A stretch of 33,542 nucleotides of DNA from Octopus sinensis (taxonomy: Eukaryota), in the NCBI RefSeq assembly GCF_006345805.1, contig NW_021831955.1, positions 1 to 33,542 of the forward strand, written 5' to 3'. Shown here piece after piece: positions 1-12,357 of the stretch. A model generated the notes under the pieces. It was not told the origin of the DNA. It ran no database searches and saw only the letters and a list, made by a program, of their open reading frames with translations. The translations under genes and the position numbers were made by a program. The stretch's first letter is position 1; every line of letters starts with the position of its first letter.

Positions 1-49
1 ATATATATACATATACACAACAGAGATATGAGCGAGGGATATATATATA

Positions 50-152
50 GATCACACGTGATCACGTGACGACCAGACCATCAGATGTTGCTACACATCG
101 CTGGTCACAATGCGTTCGCATTGTTTTAGCCACTGGGCCATTGCGCCTCCAC
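50..152 (-). mobile_element. Internally deleted tRNA-derived SINE (head fused directly to tail Y)
   Basis: The reverse complement reads TGGAGGCGCAATGGCCCAGTGG (same head as 2621, 16413, 22651) joined to CTAAAACAATGCGAACGCATTGTGACCAGC (same tail as 22877-22907). Confidence 0.75.
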
Positions 153-918
153 TATAATATGTATGTATATACATTACATACATACATAAATACATAGCTA
201 TATAGATATAGATATGTATAAACATATATACTACCTATATAGATATAGATATGTATATATATATATAATATATATATATAGATATATTATATATATATAT
301 ATATAATATATATATATATATATAAAAATATATTTGTAAGTATGTTTGTGTGTATGAGATGTATGGACATATGTGCATGTACTGATCAACATGAACATAA
401 CATATATATATATATATTTCCATTCATATAATTACACACGTGCGTGTGCCAGTGCGTTCGTACGAGTCTCAGAACCTCCAAAAAATTAAACTCCTATCCT
501 CACATACATACATACATGCATACATTCATACATATATACATGCGGCTAAACATGCATACAGTCAAATATCTATCTGCATACTACTGTATCCAATTTTACT
601 TGCAGTTTTTCCATCTTTGAATGACTGCAGGCTATATAACAGTTCAATTTCTTCAGATTTGAAAGAATGATAGCGAAAACGGACGGATTTTTCTGGCAGC
701 TAAAAGAAGAAATTTTAAAATGAAATTTCGCACCGGAGAGTTTAAGCAGCAAAATTTATATAAAAACAAAATTGTTAAGATAAATTATTGATGAATGCAC
801 ATTTTCAATTTCTTTTTCTTTAAATTTCAATTATATTATTTAGCATATTGTAATCTATTAGAATTTTTTTTATCGTGTATGTCATTATTATTATTATTAT
901 TATTCAATTTTCAACTTG

Positions 919-939
919 CATATATGATGAAATCATATA

Positions 940-1008
<69 letters not shown>
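919..1008. repeat. (TA)n microsatellite; one of many (also ~230-325, 2995-3140, 7600-7680, 8280-8390, 17297-17412, 20520-20625, 25305-25478, 33270-33542)
   Basis: Directly visible dinucleotide runs. They produce the YIYI ORFs in the ORF track. Confidence 0.97.
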
Positions 1009-1016
<8 letters not shown>

Positions 1017-1503
1017 GTATGTATGATGTATGTATATGCGTGTGCATGAAATTATGTGTGTATAGATGGAGATAGATAGACAAAGAAAAGAGGAGGGGGA
1101 AATAGAAATTAAGAACGAAAGGAACTGACACATCGACATACATATATATGAATGCATACATGCATATCTATACATTCATGTGTGTGTGTGTGTCTGTGTT
1201 TGTGTGTGTGTGTGTGTGTGTGAATTATATATTTCTTCTGTTGCCACTCTTGCTGCTAGTTGTTGCTCTATTTGCTTGTAACTTCCATCTTAGTATTGTA
1301 TATTTTGTGAATGTTTGCGTGTCTTGTCTGAGTGTTTTGGGATTTCATAATAATTTTCTAGGTTTTCGGAGTCATATTTTGCGTTGTTGCTTCCTTTCTT
1401 CATCTTCTTTTGTTTTTCTGTGTTTGTCCCTTGGCCTCGACAGCAACGAACAAGATATTATCATGAAACTAAGAACAATCCTTCTAGACATGTTGTAGGC
1501 AAG

Positions 1504-1662
1504 ATGGTGGGGCTAAGAATTCTGCTTTGCAGCCACATGCTTTTGGGGTTCGCTCTTCCTGCGTGGCACTTTGGACAACTGTTTCTATTGTATCCCCAGC
1601 CCGACCAATGCCTTGTAAATCAATTTGTTAAGCGGGAATTACGTTGAAGCCCATCGTATATA
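1504..1662 (+). mobile_element. Degenerate SINE, family 4 (paralogues at 20626 and 23789 on the minus strand)
   Basis: CCACATG...CTGCGTGGCAC.TTGG.CAA...CCCGACCAA.GCCTTGT...GAAGCCC.TCGTATATAT matches the reverse complement of 20626-20778. Confidence 0.7.
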
Positions 1663-1730
1663 TCTGTGTATCGTTTTTTCTTTATGTTTGTCACTCCACA
1701 CCGCTTGAAATCAAAGTCGATTTGTTTATG

Positions 1731-1881
1731 CCTCCCTAACTTAGCCGTTCAGCAAAAGGAGTCGATAAAGTAAGTAACAGGCTTTAAGAAATAAGTGCCG
1801 GGGTTGATCTCCTCGCCTAAACCCCTTCAATGTGATGCCTCTGTATGGCTGCAGTCCAATAACTGAACGATGTAAGAGGTA
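1731..1881 (+). mobile_element. Degenerate SINE, family 3
   Basis: Similar to 12358-12500 (CTTAGC.GTTC.GCAAAAG...GATA.A.TAAGTA...GGCTT...AAGAAATAAGT...GGGGT.GA...GCAGTC.AAT.ACTGAA). Confidence 0.65.
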
Positions 1882-2547
1882 AACATACACTCCCGTCTCA
1901 GTTTCTCTACAAAACTACTGTTCCATCACTGAGTACCGATAATTAAATAATAGAACAAAGGCTGTGCAATGTTTTCTAAGGAATCAGATGAATGTAAAAC
2001 AATGTTTCAAAAGTTCTGCCGCAAGGTTGTACCGCGAAATTTGTGAACGCTTCGAAAGGAAACGTTATTCATAAATTTTTTATAGTTGATAAAAGAAGAC
2101 AAGCTATAGCTTTGTGCGCGCGTGTGTATGTTTTGTGTGTGTGTGCATGCGTGTTTGTGTGTGTATTAGTGTTTGTGTGTGCATGTGTTATATGTTTATA
2201 CAGAGAGGGAGAGACAGATAGACAGACAGAAATACAGACAAACAGACAGGCAGAGAATGAGAGGCATGTAGAGAAGAGGAGAAAGCGTGCACATCTGTAG
2301 CGAAAAGTACAGCACACAGAAGAGGTAAGAAAAAATAAACACGGAGTTAGCATTAGTTTCCAGGAAATAGAAGAACAAAAGAAGGTAATGCCTTTAGCGT
2401 TTCGCGTATTTCGCGTATTCATATATGTTCCGAAAGATAGGTTAAAATAGAACCGTGAAAGAAAATTGAAGAAATTGAAACGCAGATGTTTCCAACCGTC
2501 ATGGCATATATAAATAAGTTCATATATATATATAAAGGTATGTGGTA

Positions 2548-2620
<73 letters not shown>

Positions 2621-2621
<1 letters not shown>

Positions 2622-2991
2622 GAGGCGCAATGGCCCAGTGGTTAGGGCAGCGTACTAGCGGTCGTAGGATCGCGGTTTCGATTCCCAGAAGGGCTTTGTG
2701 AGTGTTTATTGACTGAAAACGCCTAAAGCTTCACAAGGCTCCGGCAAGGGGTGGTGGCTAACCCTGCCTCTTTCACCAGATATTTCTTTCACTCTTTCTT
2801 CCTGTTTCTGTTCTACCCGTATTTCAAAGGGCCAGACTTGTCGCGCTGTGTCACGGTGAATCTCCTCGAAAGCTACGTTAAGGGTACACGTGTCTGTAGA
2901 GTGCTCAGCCACTTACACGTTAATTTGACGAGCAGGCTGTTCCGTTGGTCGGATCAACTGGAACGCACGTCGTCGTAACGATGGAGTGCCA

Positions 2992-2993
<2 letters not shown>
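2621..2993 (+). mobile_element. tRNA-derived SINE, head 1 + tail X
   Basis: Pol III A-box-like TGGCCCAGTGGTTAGG and B-box-like GGTTTCGATTCCC. Near full-length similarity to 16413-16798. Confidence 0.9.
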
Positions 2994-3026
<33 letters not shown>

Positions 3027-3081
3027 TATCCATACATATATATATATATATATGTATACACACACACACACCACTCACATG

Positions 3082-3140
<59 letters not shown>

Positions 3141-3143
<3 letters not shown>

Positions 3144-4130
3144 CGGCGCGCAGTAATTTTTCTGGCTGGTGAAGCAATGACCAACATTTTCTGTCACTCA
3201 CATATATTATAATTATATTGTATGTTTTCGCGTGCCTTACTCTGGACCAGATTATGCTGTTCTTAATTTTATCCTTCATCAGTCGCCATACAAAATCGGT
3301 CAAAGATGTTGAATGTCTTTTATTTATTGTCATAAACCTGGTGACATGGCTACGATAACGATTCTTAAATGAATCAGCCATCTGCCTAATATATTTGAAT
3401 TTGAAAAGAAATGAATACGATGGGAGAAGACGAAGGCCTGAGATAACTGGTCACGGCCGGAATGGCTTTGATCATACTTCTGCCTCGACCAAAGCAGAAC
3501 TGAAGCCAATGACAAACACAAGAGCAACAACAACAACAACAGAAACAACAACAACAACAACTACTACTACTACTACTACTACAATAACTTGTGTGCATGT
3601 TACATTTATATACAAGGTTTGTACTCATAAAGAGGTTCATCAATGGGCATTTAGATTTTTCTCTGCATGAGCATTTATCATATTTATTTGTATATAAGGC
3701 AGTTCCGACTACATTTTCCGACGTTGTTACGGTGTTCGCTGTATCATAAGCATTTCTACTATGTCAATTTAGCCGTAATTGGTGTCTTCATGGCGGTTTA
3801 CATCGCCTTTGTAAGTATTTGGATGTGTATGTCGCTAGATACAGTAGGTGGTTTCTTGAACCTTTGTCGCATTTCACTATTTTTGTTTTATGTGATGCAT
3901 AAGCTCTTCTAAATTAGCAAAGGTAGCGTAGGATACCTTCACGGTGTTCGATTAAAAATAGCATGATGCCGATTAGACTTAGGATAACGTTTGTCCAAAG
4001 CAGCAAAAAATCCTCCAGCGATCTTGGTTGAAACATGAGAACTGAAAATCGGGTTGAATCAGAGGACATCCTGATTTCTAAACCTGTTGTTGGGCTTATT
4101 TGATCAAGTGTGTTGTACAGGATTGGAACA
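3141..4130 (-). mobile_element. Decayed Penelope-like element: RT C-terminal region, Cys motif and GIY-YIG endonuclease, interrupted at 3394-3586
   Basis: Minus-strand translation, with stops and frameshifts: RNQDVL*FNPIFSSHVSTKIAGGFFAALDKRYPKSNRHHAIFNR/NTVKVSY ... KCSCREKSKCPL...LVYKC ... YIRQMADSFKNRYRSH...STSLTDFVWRL...IIWS. This matches recalled Penelope motifs (WFNPPFS, LDKHFP, IFNRNTVKVSY, CxC...CPL, VYK...YIG, FKxRYxxH). Confidence 0.85.
3392..3587 (+). repeat. Left arm of inverted repeat (134-bp unique part + (CAA)n(CTA)n)
   Basis: 3392-3525 is the reverse complement of 4851-4984 with 3 mismatches. Confidence 0.95.
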
Positions 4131-4504
4131 ATTTACATTGTAACAAGCAGTTAGATTATTATGTCGCGTGTGTCTATGAGTTTAGTATCAATTATATATA
4201 TATATATTATTAATATATAATATATTATTTTTTAATTTAAAATCATAGGTTGTTTGATTTCAATTTTCCGTGCAGAATTCGCCAGTAAATTTCTATTTGA
4301 TATTCAGTGCGTCACGAAGCCCATATGATTAGAAGCATTACTGTGTATATTACAATACAGCCAGCCACTCCTGAGCGAGTATCATTTGCTACCCTACATT
4401 ATGCTTTCACTGATTGCTTTAATGTAATCCTACTGTCATAAGCAGATATAGTCACTCTCTCAACTCATTAACTTTCACTCCTGCGAAACATCCAAGATAT
4501 GACA

Positions 4505-4690
4505 GTCAGAAGGTGAGATGGCTGCACTAGCACCTGGCTGGTATGCATTCCAGTTGAGTAGAATAGAGCAACGTGAAATAATGTGCCATGTTCATGAAAG
4601 CAACGCGCTGCCCAGTCCAGGAATCGATCACGCAGCCTTGTGATTGCTAATCCTTACAATCCTAACCCATAGGCTACAGCCTTCACTGCT
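4505..4690 (-). mobile_element. Degenerate SINE (head 2, CORE-like)
   Basis: GAGCAACGTGAAATAA is the reverse complement of TTATTTCACGTTGCTC seen at ~26776. CCAGTCCAGGAATCGA is the reverse complement of the B-box region of 7174. Confidence 0.65.
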
Positions 4691-4764
4691 GTGCCGTCTT
4701 TATTTCCTATTTCCTGTTCACCGTTTGCGTTACCGCTGCTGCTGCTGTTCTTGTTGTTGTTATT

Positions 4765-4767
4765 GTT

Positions 4768-4809
<42 letters not shown>

Positions 4810-4984
4810 TAGTAGTAGTAGTAGTAGTAGTTGTTGTTGTTGTTGTTGTTGCTCTTGTGTTTGTTATTGGCTTCAGTTCTGCTCTGGTCGAGGCAGAAGT
4901 ATGATCAAAGTCATTCCGGCCGTGACCAGTTATCTCAGGCCTTCGTCTTCTCCCATCGTATTCATTTCTTTTCAAATTCAAATA
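4765..4984 (-). repeat. Right arm of inverted repeat; likely the source copy, resembling a dispersed repeat also seen at ~13040-13225
   Basis: Reverse complement of 3392-3587. TATGATCAAAGTCATTCCGGCCGTGACC loosely resembles TGTTGTCAAAGGTACTCCATCCGCGGAC at ~13080. Confidence 0.9.
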
Positions 4985-6080
4985 CACTACATCCTTCAGA
5001 TCTTTCAATTCCATACAACATGTAACAGCTTCAGGAACTTGAAGGACAAAAGCCCATGACGAAGAAATCGAATGAGATCGAATTTTAAGAATTATATTTT
5101 CAATTATATGAAGTTTTGTATTTCTTCATTTAGACATAAATACCTTAGAAACATTGAAGATCAGTCATTGGTTCAGGAATAACAATACGAACTTCAATGG
5201 AATTCTTTCAAATAGAATTCCTTTTCAGTTAAATGTGTAATGAATTTATTAATCTTTACGCTGCATTGTGTTATCTGTAATTATCTCTTGATGTCAATCC
5301 TACACCGCTATCTTATCTCAACTGCATTCTATTATAATATGACAACAACTAAACGATATAATAACACAAAGAACCTTATTCATGGTCACTGGGCCTACTA
5401 AAGATAGGAGTCAGATTACTCTCAAAAGCAGTACTGCCTTTTAAAAAGAACATACCTGGGTCTGCTAATGTTAGTAGCTATATTTCACGCTAAAATATGC
5501 CTTACAGTCTTTCGAAAAGATACGTAGATACACATCGTTAGGGAAACTTTTTTGAAAAATATAACAGCGAAATAATTACAGCATCAATACATTTTCATGG
5601 TCCTGCTTCGTGCGGATCTGCCTGGAATTAAGTAAGAATCGCAACACATTTCCCCTTTTTCCCAACTTATGCGATTTCAGCAAATGCTGACAATGTGTTT
5701 GTGTAATGGTTGTATGCTTGTGTTTGCTTTTATCTGAAAGAGAAAAATACAACTAAACAGGTTAGAAAGTTGTTTCTAATATTGCTCACGTGTATACAAA
5801 TAGCTAAAGAGAAAAATAACTATTTATACATGCATTTACACATATATAAATGAAGCTGTTGAATTACTGCTAAAAACCATACCCGGCCCTCAAACAGTTC
5901 AGACAAATCAACGCCGTGAGTGGACAGACTTGCACAAGGTTCTACGTAGTGGACTGTATCCAGAATCATATGGTTGGAAGGCAAATTTCTTTCGGCGTTA
6001 TTTCTAGTAATGCCTTCTATATCTAATCTAAGCACTATTTATGTATGTATGCGCGTGTGTATCTTTGTATATGCATGTAT

Positions 6081-7565
6081 ACTAGCTGAATAGCCCGGCA
6101 ATTTTTACTATAGAATGTCTTATATAAATTTTTATTTATTTCATGTCAGAGCATACCTTCTCCGACAGAGAGGCCGCTTAATCAGGACAGATTTGTGCAA
6201 TTTTTCGCCAAAAGACGTTGTTGGGGAATATTTTCCTTTTCAAATTATTTACATGTCTGTTCGACTGTTTTACGTTACTTTATTCATTAAAACTTCAGAG
6301 GTTCTTACTATTTTAGTCGTCATAATGCTTTGCTTTCGTTTGTTTAATAAAAATTCGCCCTTCTAATGATTTCGTGATAGACAGTTATCTTGCAGAAAAT
6401 GCCAGCTATCATGCAGAAAATGCCAGCTTCCAAATTCTGTTTTCTGATTAGGTAAAATTGATTAAACTTTATACCTCAGTAATATTTTTCTGCAACTTTT
6501 CTGGAACAAATAAATAACAAAATCAAATTTAACGAGGAAAATAATTTCGATATACCAAACTTGGAAATTTTGAAGTAATTTTAAAATCCCGCAATATGTG
6601 ACAGCAAGAGGGACGACTAAGAATTAGAGACAGACAGTTATAGGACGTTACTCACATGCACACTCATACACACGCACGCACACACACATAGACACACACA
6701 CACACACACACATACACACACATTTACAAACGTACACACAGGTAATCACGAGTTTAAAATGGTGTGTAATAGACATATATATGTATGTATATATATGTTT
6801 ATATGCGTGTGTGTATGTGTGTGTATGTGAGTTTTTCTTTACGATGGACAGCAGAAGAGCCACCTACCCCCTCTCGTTAAAATTACGTATACCTCGCCCC
6901 GCTTTCTGTGTGTGTGTGTGTGTGTCTATGTGTGTGTGTTGCATCTATATATTTACGGTAGTATGTATACAACGTCGCGTGTATATGACAGGTGTATTAA
7001 CGTTACTATCATATTGCTCACTGATATACCTTCACTGATATAAGTCACCTTCTCTCTGTTATTATCTTGCCCTCAGATTGATACTTTTTGCAAACTTCTC
7101 ATTTTATCATGTAATTGGGCCAACACCCCTGGGGGTACATTGTAGATTTTAATTGAAATCCAATTAGCTTATTGTAGAGGCGCGTGGTTTTAGTGGTTAG
7201 GGTGTCAGCATCATGATCGTAAGATCGTTGTTCCGATTCCTGGACCGGGCGACGCGTTGTGCTCTAGAGCAAAAAACTTCATTTCACGTTGCTCCAGTCC
7301 ACTCAGCTGACAAAAATGAGTAACGCTGCGATGGACTGGCGTCCCGTCCAGCTGGGGAACACATACGCCATAGAAACCGGGACACCGGGCCCATGAGCCT
7401 GGCTAGGCTTTAAAAAGGGAGCATTTATTTATTTATTTATTTATTAGCTTATTATTGAACTGGATGTTAGTGTAACATGTATGCAAAGTTTTGTGAATAT
7501 CGGTTCGCTGGTTTAGGCACTAAGATGCTAACAGTAAGACAGACAGACAGAAATTGTCATTGGTA
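6081..7565 (-). mobile_element. Possible non-autonomous Helitron-like remnant hosting a SINE
   Basis: The minus strand ends GCCGGGCTATTCAGCTAG|T (CTAG-3' followed by T; only half of a GC hairpin). The far end has (GACA)n followed by AT-rich sequence, as in Lep1/HINE-type elements. Boundaries are uncertain. Confidence 0.3.
7174..7442 (+). mobile_element. Full-length tRNA-derived SINE (head 2, CORE-like middle, tail Z, (TTTA)n end) with 11-bp TSD
   Basis: TSD ATTAGCTTATT at 7163-7173 and 7443-7453; A/B-box-like head; TTTCACGTTGCTCCAGTCCACTCAGCTG..AAAATGAGT middle. Confidence 0.92.
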
Positions 7566-7619
7566 TACATATATATATACGTATTTATGTATACATATAT
7601 ATATTATTTATATATATAT

Positions 7620-7654
<35 letters not shown>

Positions 7655-8285
7655 ATATATAAATATATATATATACATATATACACGTGAGTGTGCGTGT
7701 GTGTGTGTGTGTGTTATGTGTGTGTACGAGTCTGTGTGTGTGTGTAAACGGCAAATATTAAGTAAAAATAATTACAAAACTAAAATTACTTCCCCACAAC
7801 TTCCCTTAGGAAGGTTCCTTTTTTTATGTTTTTGTCTCCTAATTACTTGTCTCCTCTCATTCGATCAAAGTATTTCAGTTCGCTATATTTCTTTCTCTTA
7901 TTACACACTACCTTAAACAGATGATAAATCCTTATTTATCTATATAATTTTATGAGAGCGTATTCTAAACTCTGAAAGCAATGAAATATATATATATCTT
8001 TTGAAATTGTTGACAGAAAGAGATACATAACTGTAAAATTAGGTACAGAACACAAACATAAACGGCTTAACGTTCAAAGTATCGCTGAAGCAACACCCTA
8101 CAATTCCAATCAACGAAAATGACACTATACGATTTTTACACTGTCAAGATGTGAGCGAAGAGAAAAAAATTATTAATGATAGTGCCTTGTTTGAATGATA
8201 CATTTATTCATATCTTCGTCTTTGTGATATATTGTTATGTATATATATATACGTATATACGTATGTATTTAGTATACATATACAA

Positions 8286-8368
<83 letters not shown>

Positions 8369-8655
8369 CAAATATATATATATATATGGTAAATATACAT
8401 ATAAATATAGATAGATAGATATTTGTAAACATATATATATACATATATGTATTGTGTCTATACATGTATATACATAACTGTATTTGTATATCTTTATGTA
8501 TATATACTGATTCATACAATAATATACACACGCACACACTTATATATATATAAGTATAAAAAATGAATATATATACGTACAATATATTTATATACACGTA
8601 TACATATTTACATATGTATGTTTATATATTCATATAAGCATACGCACATATAAAC

Positions 8656-8710
<55 letters not shown>

Positions 8711-9111
8711 TATGTATATGTATATGATTGTGCCCATATACATACATCAAAGCCTAATAGAAAGCTATCAATAAATTTCCTCCTTCAAGAAACTTACTTT
8801 GAAAAGGATTTAATTATTATTATTAACAAAATTCACTTTGCCAAAATCTGGCTACTTTTGTTTTTCCTAAGTGTCATAAAACTTGCAAATTATTACTTTT
8901 AATGCTCCGTCTCTAGACTCTCCTGTAACTTTACTTAAAACACGAATGCCAAAAGCAAAACAAGATTGCTATCGTCGTTGTCGATGTCATAGTCTTGTAG
9001 TTTTTGTTGTTCTTGATTTTTCGATGTCATCGTCACAGTTGTTATCGTTTTTGAAGCAAACTACGATTTAAAATATTGTGCGCCATTTAAATTTTGCGTA
9101 ACTGGTACAGC

Positions 9112-9684
9112 CGGTGTTTTGGAGATGGGCTACTCTCAACGTCGAGCCAACAGACATCGCTACCGAACTATGAAACAAGATCAGCAACATTTCTTCTTCT
9201 AACGCTTCCTCGCCTTCCTTCGACTCTGCCGTTAGATCAACTGCGCTTGAGAAACCTGCCATGCATCTCGTACGCAACAAGTATCGGATCTTTTAGGTTT
9301 GAATGGCAGTTTTTAAAAATAATTTCCACGTAACTAAACACTTTTAAACTTCGTATACTGGTGGAATGTGTTTATAAAACATCTTTTTCTCTTGTCTTTA
9401 TTGAGAAAATTCTATACTTTGTAATATAATTGTTGTTTTCTTTTCTTCAATTTCCGCAATTTCAACCAATCAATGACGTCTATTGAGGTGAAAAGATTCT
9501 ATGCCGTATGAATACGTCCCTCGTTTAAGAAACAGATTGGGTTTATTTATATTTCTGAAGAAAAAATATGCCCTTCCCCCCACCCCTAACCCTAACCCTA
9601 ACTAACCCTAAACCTAAAACAGATTGAAATGCAATAGATCGATACTAGGGTCATAATTATGGGTGACAATTTCATATGACACCG
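9112..9684. mobile_element. Possible non-autonomous DNA element with CGGTGT...ACACCG termini and internal telomere-like repeats
   Basis: 6-bp terminal inverted match only; no TSD found; CCCTAA repeats at 9584-9617. Confidence 0.25.
9584..9617 (-). repeat. Short interstitial (TTAGGG)n-like tract
   Basis: CCCTAACCCTAACCCTAACTAACCCTAAACCTAA. Confidence 0.85.
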
Positions 9685-10089
9685 TTAGAAAAGACTGCCG
9701 TTCAAACCGAAAAGATCCCAAGTATCTTGTATACAGCAAGTCATGTTAGCAAACATGTATTATGAGTGCAGAAAAATCACTAATGCTAAAGACAGGACCA
9801 ACATTCAGACTTTAGTGTTTGGGGGTTATTTTAAATGTTATAGATTAATGTAAATGTAGGTTTTATACCGAATGCCTTGCCAAAACAGAATTAGTCATTA
9901 AGCTGTTAATTGTTTATTCTCCTTGCAACTGTGATTAGCATTTATTGAAATATCTTAATTTATTACGATATGTAAGTAAGCAAGCTCTTTACTATATCAT
10001 TCATATTTGTGATAGGACGATAATGCTAGTTCCCGTTTGTACCCTGAATAAAGTGGGTATATGTATGTGGGATGTATATACATATAGAT

Positions 10090-10098
10090 TGAGAGATG

Positions 10099-10171
<73 letters not shown>

Positions 10172-10172
10172 G

Positions 10173-10265
<93 letters not shown>

Positions 10266-10270
10266 TAGAT
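10090..10270. repeat. (GATA)n/(GA)n/(GACA)n compound microsatellite
   Basis: Directly visible. Confidence 0.97.
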
Positions 10271-10280
10271 TGATAAATAT

Positions 10281-10435
10281 GTTTCTTTATTAGCCACACG
10301 GGGCTGAACACAGAGGGGACAAGTCATAAAGTAGAGCTTTTCTTTGGGGGGAGGAAACAATAAGGGGTAGGTTTTCGATCAAAAGGGATCGTAAAAAAAG
10401 AAAAAAGAATATAGGAAAAAGAAAAGAAAAAACGA
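10281..10435 (-). mobile_element. Retroposon 3'-end fragment (putative LINE 3' UTR) sharing its tail with SINE family 2
   Basis: Paralogous to 17770-17950 (+) and 28858-29150 (-). The end TTGTCCCCTCTGTGTTCAGCCCCGTGTGGCTAATAAAGAAAC resembles the tails at 19890-19940 and 23130-23170. Confidence 0.65.
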
Positions 10436-10498
10436 TAGATAGATAGGTAGATAGATAGACAGGTAGATAGATAGACAGATAGACAGACAGACAGAGTG

Positions 10499-10531
<33 letters not shown>

Positions 10532-10774
10532 CGTGTGTGTGTGTCTGTGTGTGTGTGCGTGCGCGTGTGTCTGTGTGTACATTTGGTAGGGTCCCTAAGT
10601 TAGTTCAATCGTTAAGAAAACTTCATAAGGCTTGCCTACAAAATACTATATTAAATATTATATTAAGTATCCGAATGCATGAGATGGCATCATTTTTTGT
10701 TCCTAGAAATAATTCTTTTACCAAAACAATGTTCTCTATTTACTTTTAATATGTCATTATATATATATATATAT

Positions 10775-10986
10775 AAAGCAGAGGGATGGTAGAATCGTTA
10801 ACGCGCCGGGCAAAATGCTTAGTGGTATATCGTCCGTCTTTACGTACTGAGTTCATATTCTACCGAGATTGATTTTGCCTTTCTTGTCGAGGTCGATAAA
10901 ATAAGTACCAGTTGAGCACTGGGGTCGATGTAATCGACTACCCGCACGCCGTAATCCACTGGCCTTGTACCAAATTTTGAAACCAA
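10775..10986 (+). mobile_element. SINE family 2 (GATAAAATAAGTACCAGT...GGGGTCGATGTAATCGACT)
   Basis: Clear similarity to 19709-19949, 22965-23170 and 31245-31470. Confidence 0.85.
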
Positions 10987-11869
10987 TATCTATCTATCTG
11001 TGAGAGAAATAGTGGAAATAGACAGAAAATAGCTTGAGAGAGAGAGAAAGAGAGAGAAAACCTAACAGGAGGAGAAAAGAGAAACTAAAACCGTGTTGTC
11101 GCATTTCACGTTCTCAAGCACAATTGCACAATTAAATTGATTAAAGTGACATCATAATTTGATCCTGGTTAGATAAAGGCAAAATCAACATTTGAACTCA
11201 GAATGCCAAAGGACGTAACACCCACATGATGATGAAAAATTGTCAATTACGAGAAACTGTTGCGCAACAGGTTTAAAAGGTTTACAGTAATACAGTTCAT
11301 ATGCATACATATTAGGCTGAAATCCCGCTGGATAGGAAGTAAACGTCAATATTTGCCTTTCATCGTAACGCCTTCAATAAGAACTGTTATTGGCAACTCT
11401 TCATGAGTATCATCATTATGAAGAAAGCTATTTATTTCTCTCTTCTGTGTTCTTCTGTGTTCTGTAATCAAACTTAGCGAAGATCGTACTTTGCTTTTCA
11501 ACATATCGGGTTTGAGAGCCGATAAAATAAAATACTGCAGCGAGTCGACTCCTGCAGTCGATTAAATCCACTCACTAATATTTGTGACTACTGGGGATTA
11601 CAGCAACAGCAGCAGCAGTAGCTGTAATAATAATAGTAGTAGTAGTAGTAGTAGTAGTAGTTGTAGTAGTAGTAGTAGTAGTAGTAAAGTTGGCGCGAAG
11701 TATAATATCAGCGATAAAATGAAAGAAATAATAAACTATTCGCAATTTCTTTTGATCCGTTTTTACTTTCCTCCTCTTTTATTCTCTCATTTATTTCTGT
11801 TTGTCTACCCGCGTGTCTCTTCATCTCACACACTCTACATATCTTTCTCCCTCTCTCTCTCTCTGGTAG

Positions 11870-12090
11870 CACAAACAGGAAGTGCTGCTAAGCCTATGCG
11901 AGGTTGTGGTGACACACGCGTAAATCAAGTTCGGACAGGAGACAGACAAGAACACGTCTTCCTTGATCCAGCTTCAACGAAGAGAAAGAAACACAAGTCA
12001 GGAGAAGAAAGATGGCCGATGGCCACGTGGGAGCCACGTGATCAAGTTAGGAAGAGTGGTGGAGAGAGAGTGACAGACAGAGAGCTGTGA
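11870..12090 (+). CDS. Weak exon candidate (AQTGSAAKPMRGCGDTRVNQVRTGDRQEHVFLDPASTKRKKHKSGEERWP...)
   Basis: (CT)n tract ending TGGTAG, then a GC-richer open phase-1 frame. No convincing donor and no recognised homology. Confidence 0.2.
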
Positions 12091-12357
12091 AGGGGGAGGA
12101 AAAAATTGGACAGATAAGTGAGAAAAAACAGGAGGGGGAGATGGAGAGAACGGAAGAGAGAAAAAACGAACGAGTAATACGATAGAATAATGGGAGAAGA
12201 AGAGGTAAAAGAATAAGAGAGAGAAAGAGAGAAAAACAAAAGAGTAAAAAGAAGGTAGAGAGCGCATCAGAATTATTAAGTTAAAACTTACTTGGGAGAG
12301 GATGCGTTGTGTTCAATCATATAATAATATAAATAATATAAATAATATATATATATT

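Noticed and set aside
606-670. Phase-1 frame VFPSLNDCRLYNSSISSDLKE* after TTTTACTTGCAG; similar weak candidates at ~8077-8151 and ~13750-13906
   Set aside because: An acceptor or donor is present on one side only, with no paralogue or homology support.
2301-2324. 24-nt symmetric microexon candidate with GTAAGA donor
   Set aside because: No pyrimidine tract upstream (purine-rich); chance occurrence is likely.
2621-2700. tRNA genes at the SINE heads (also 7174, 16413, 22651, 26682)
   Set aside because: A/B-box-like motifs continue into SINE bodies and tails, two have TSDs, and no complete cloverleaf is evident.
3395-3670. Protein-like ORF RNEYDGRRRRPEITGHGRN...TTTT (also 4760-5014 on the minus strand)
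   Set aside because: It lies within the inverted-repeat arms; one copy interrupts a Penelope remnant; the Thr run is a microsatellite; splice signals are poor.
3392-4984. A single foldback or TIR transposon with TA TSD
   Set aside because: The Penelope frame continues on both sides of the left arm, so the interior was not carried in with the arms. TA is self-complementary and uninformative here.
11538-11562. Near-palindrome CTGCAGCGAGTCGACTCCTGCAG
   Set aside because: Short, has a bulge, and lies in what looks like a degenerate SINE fragment.
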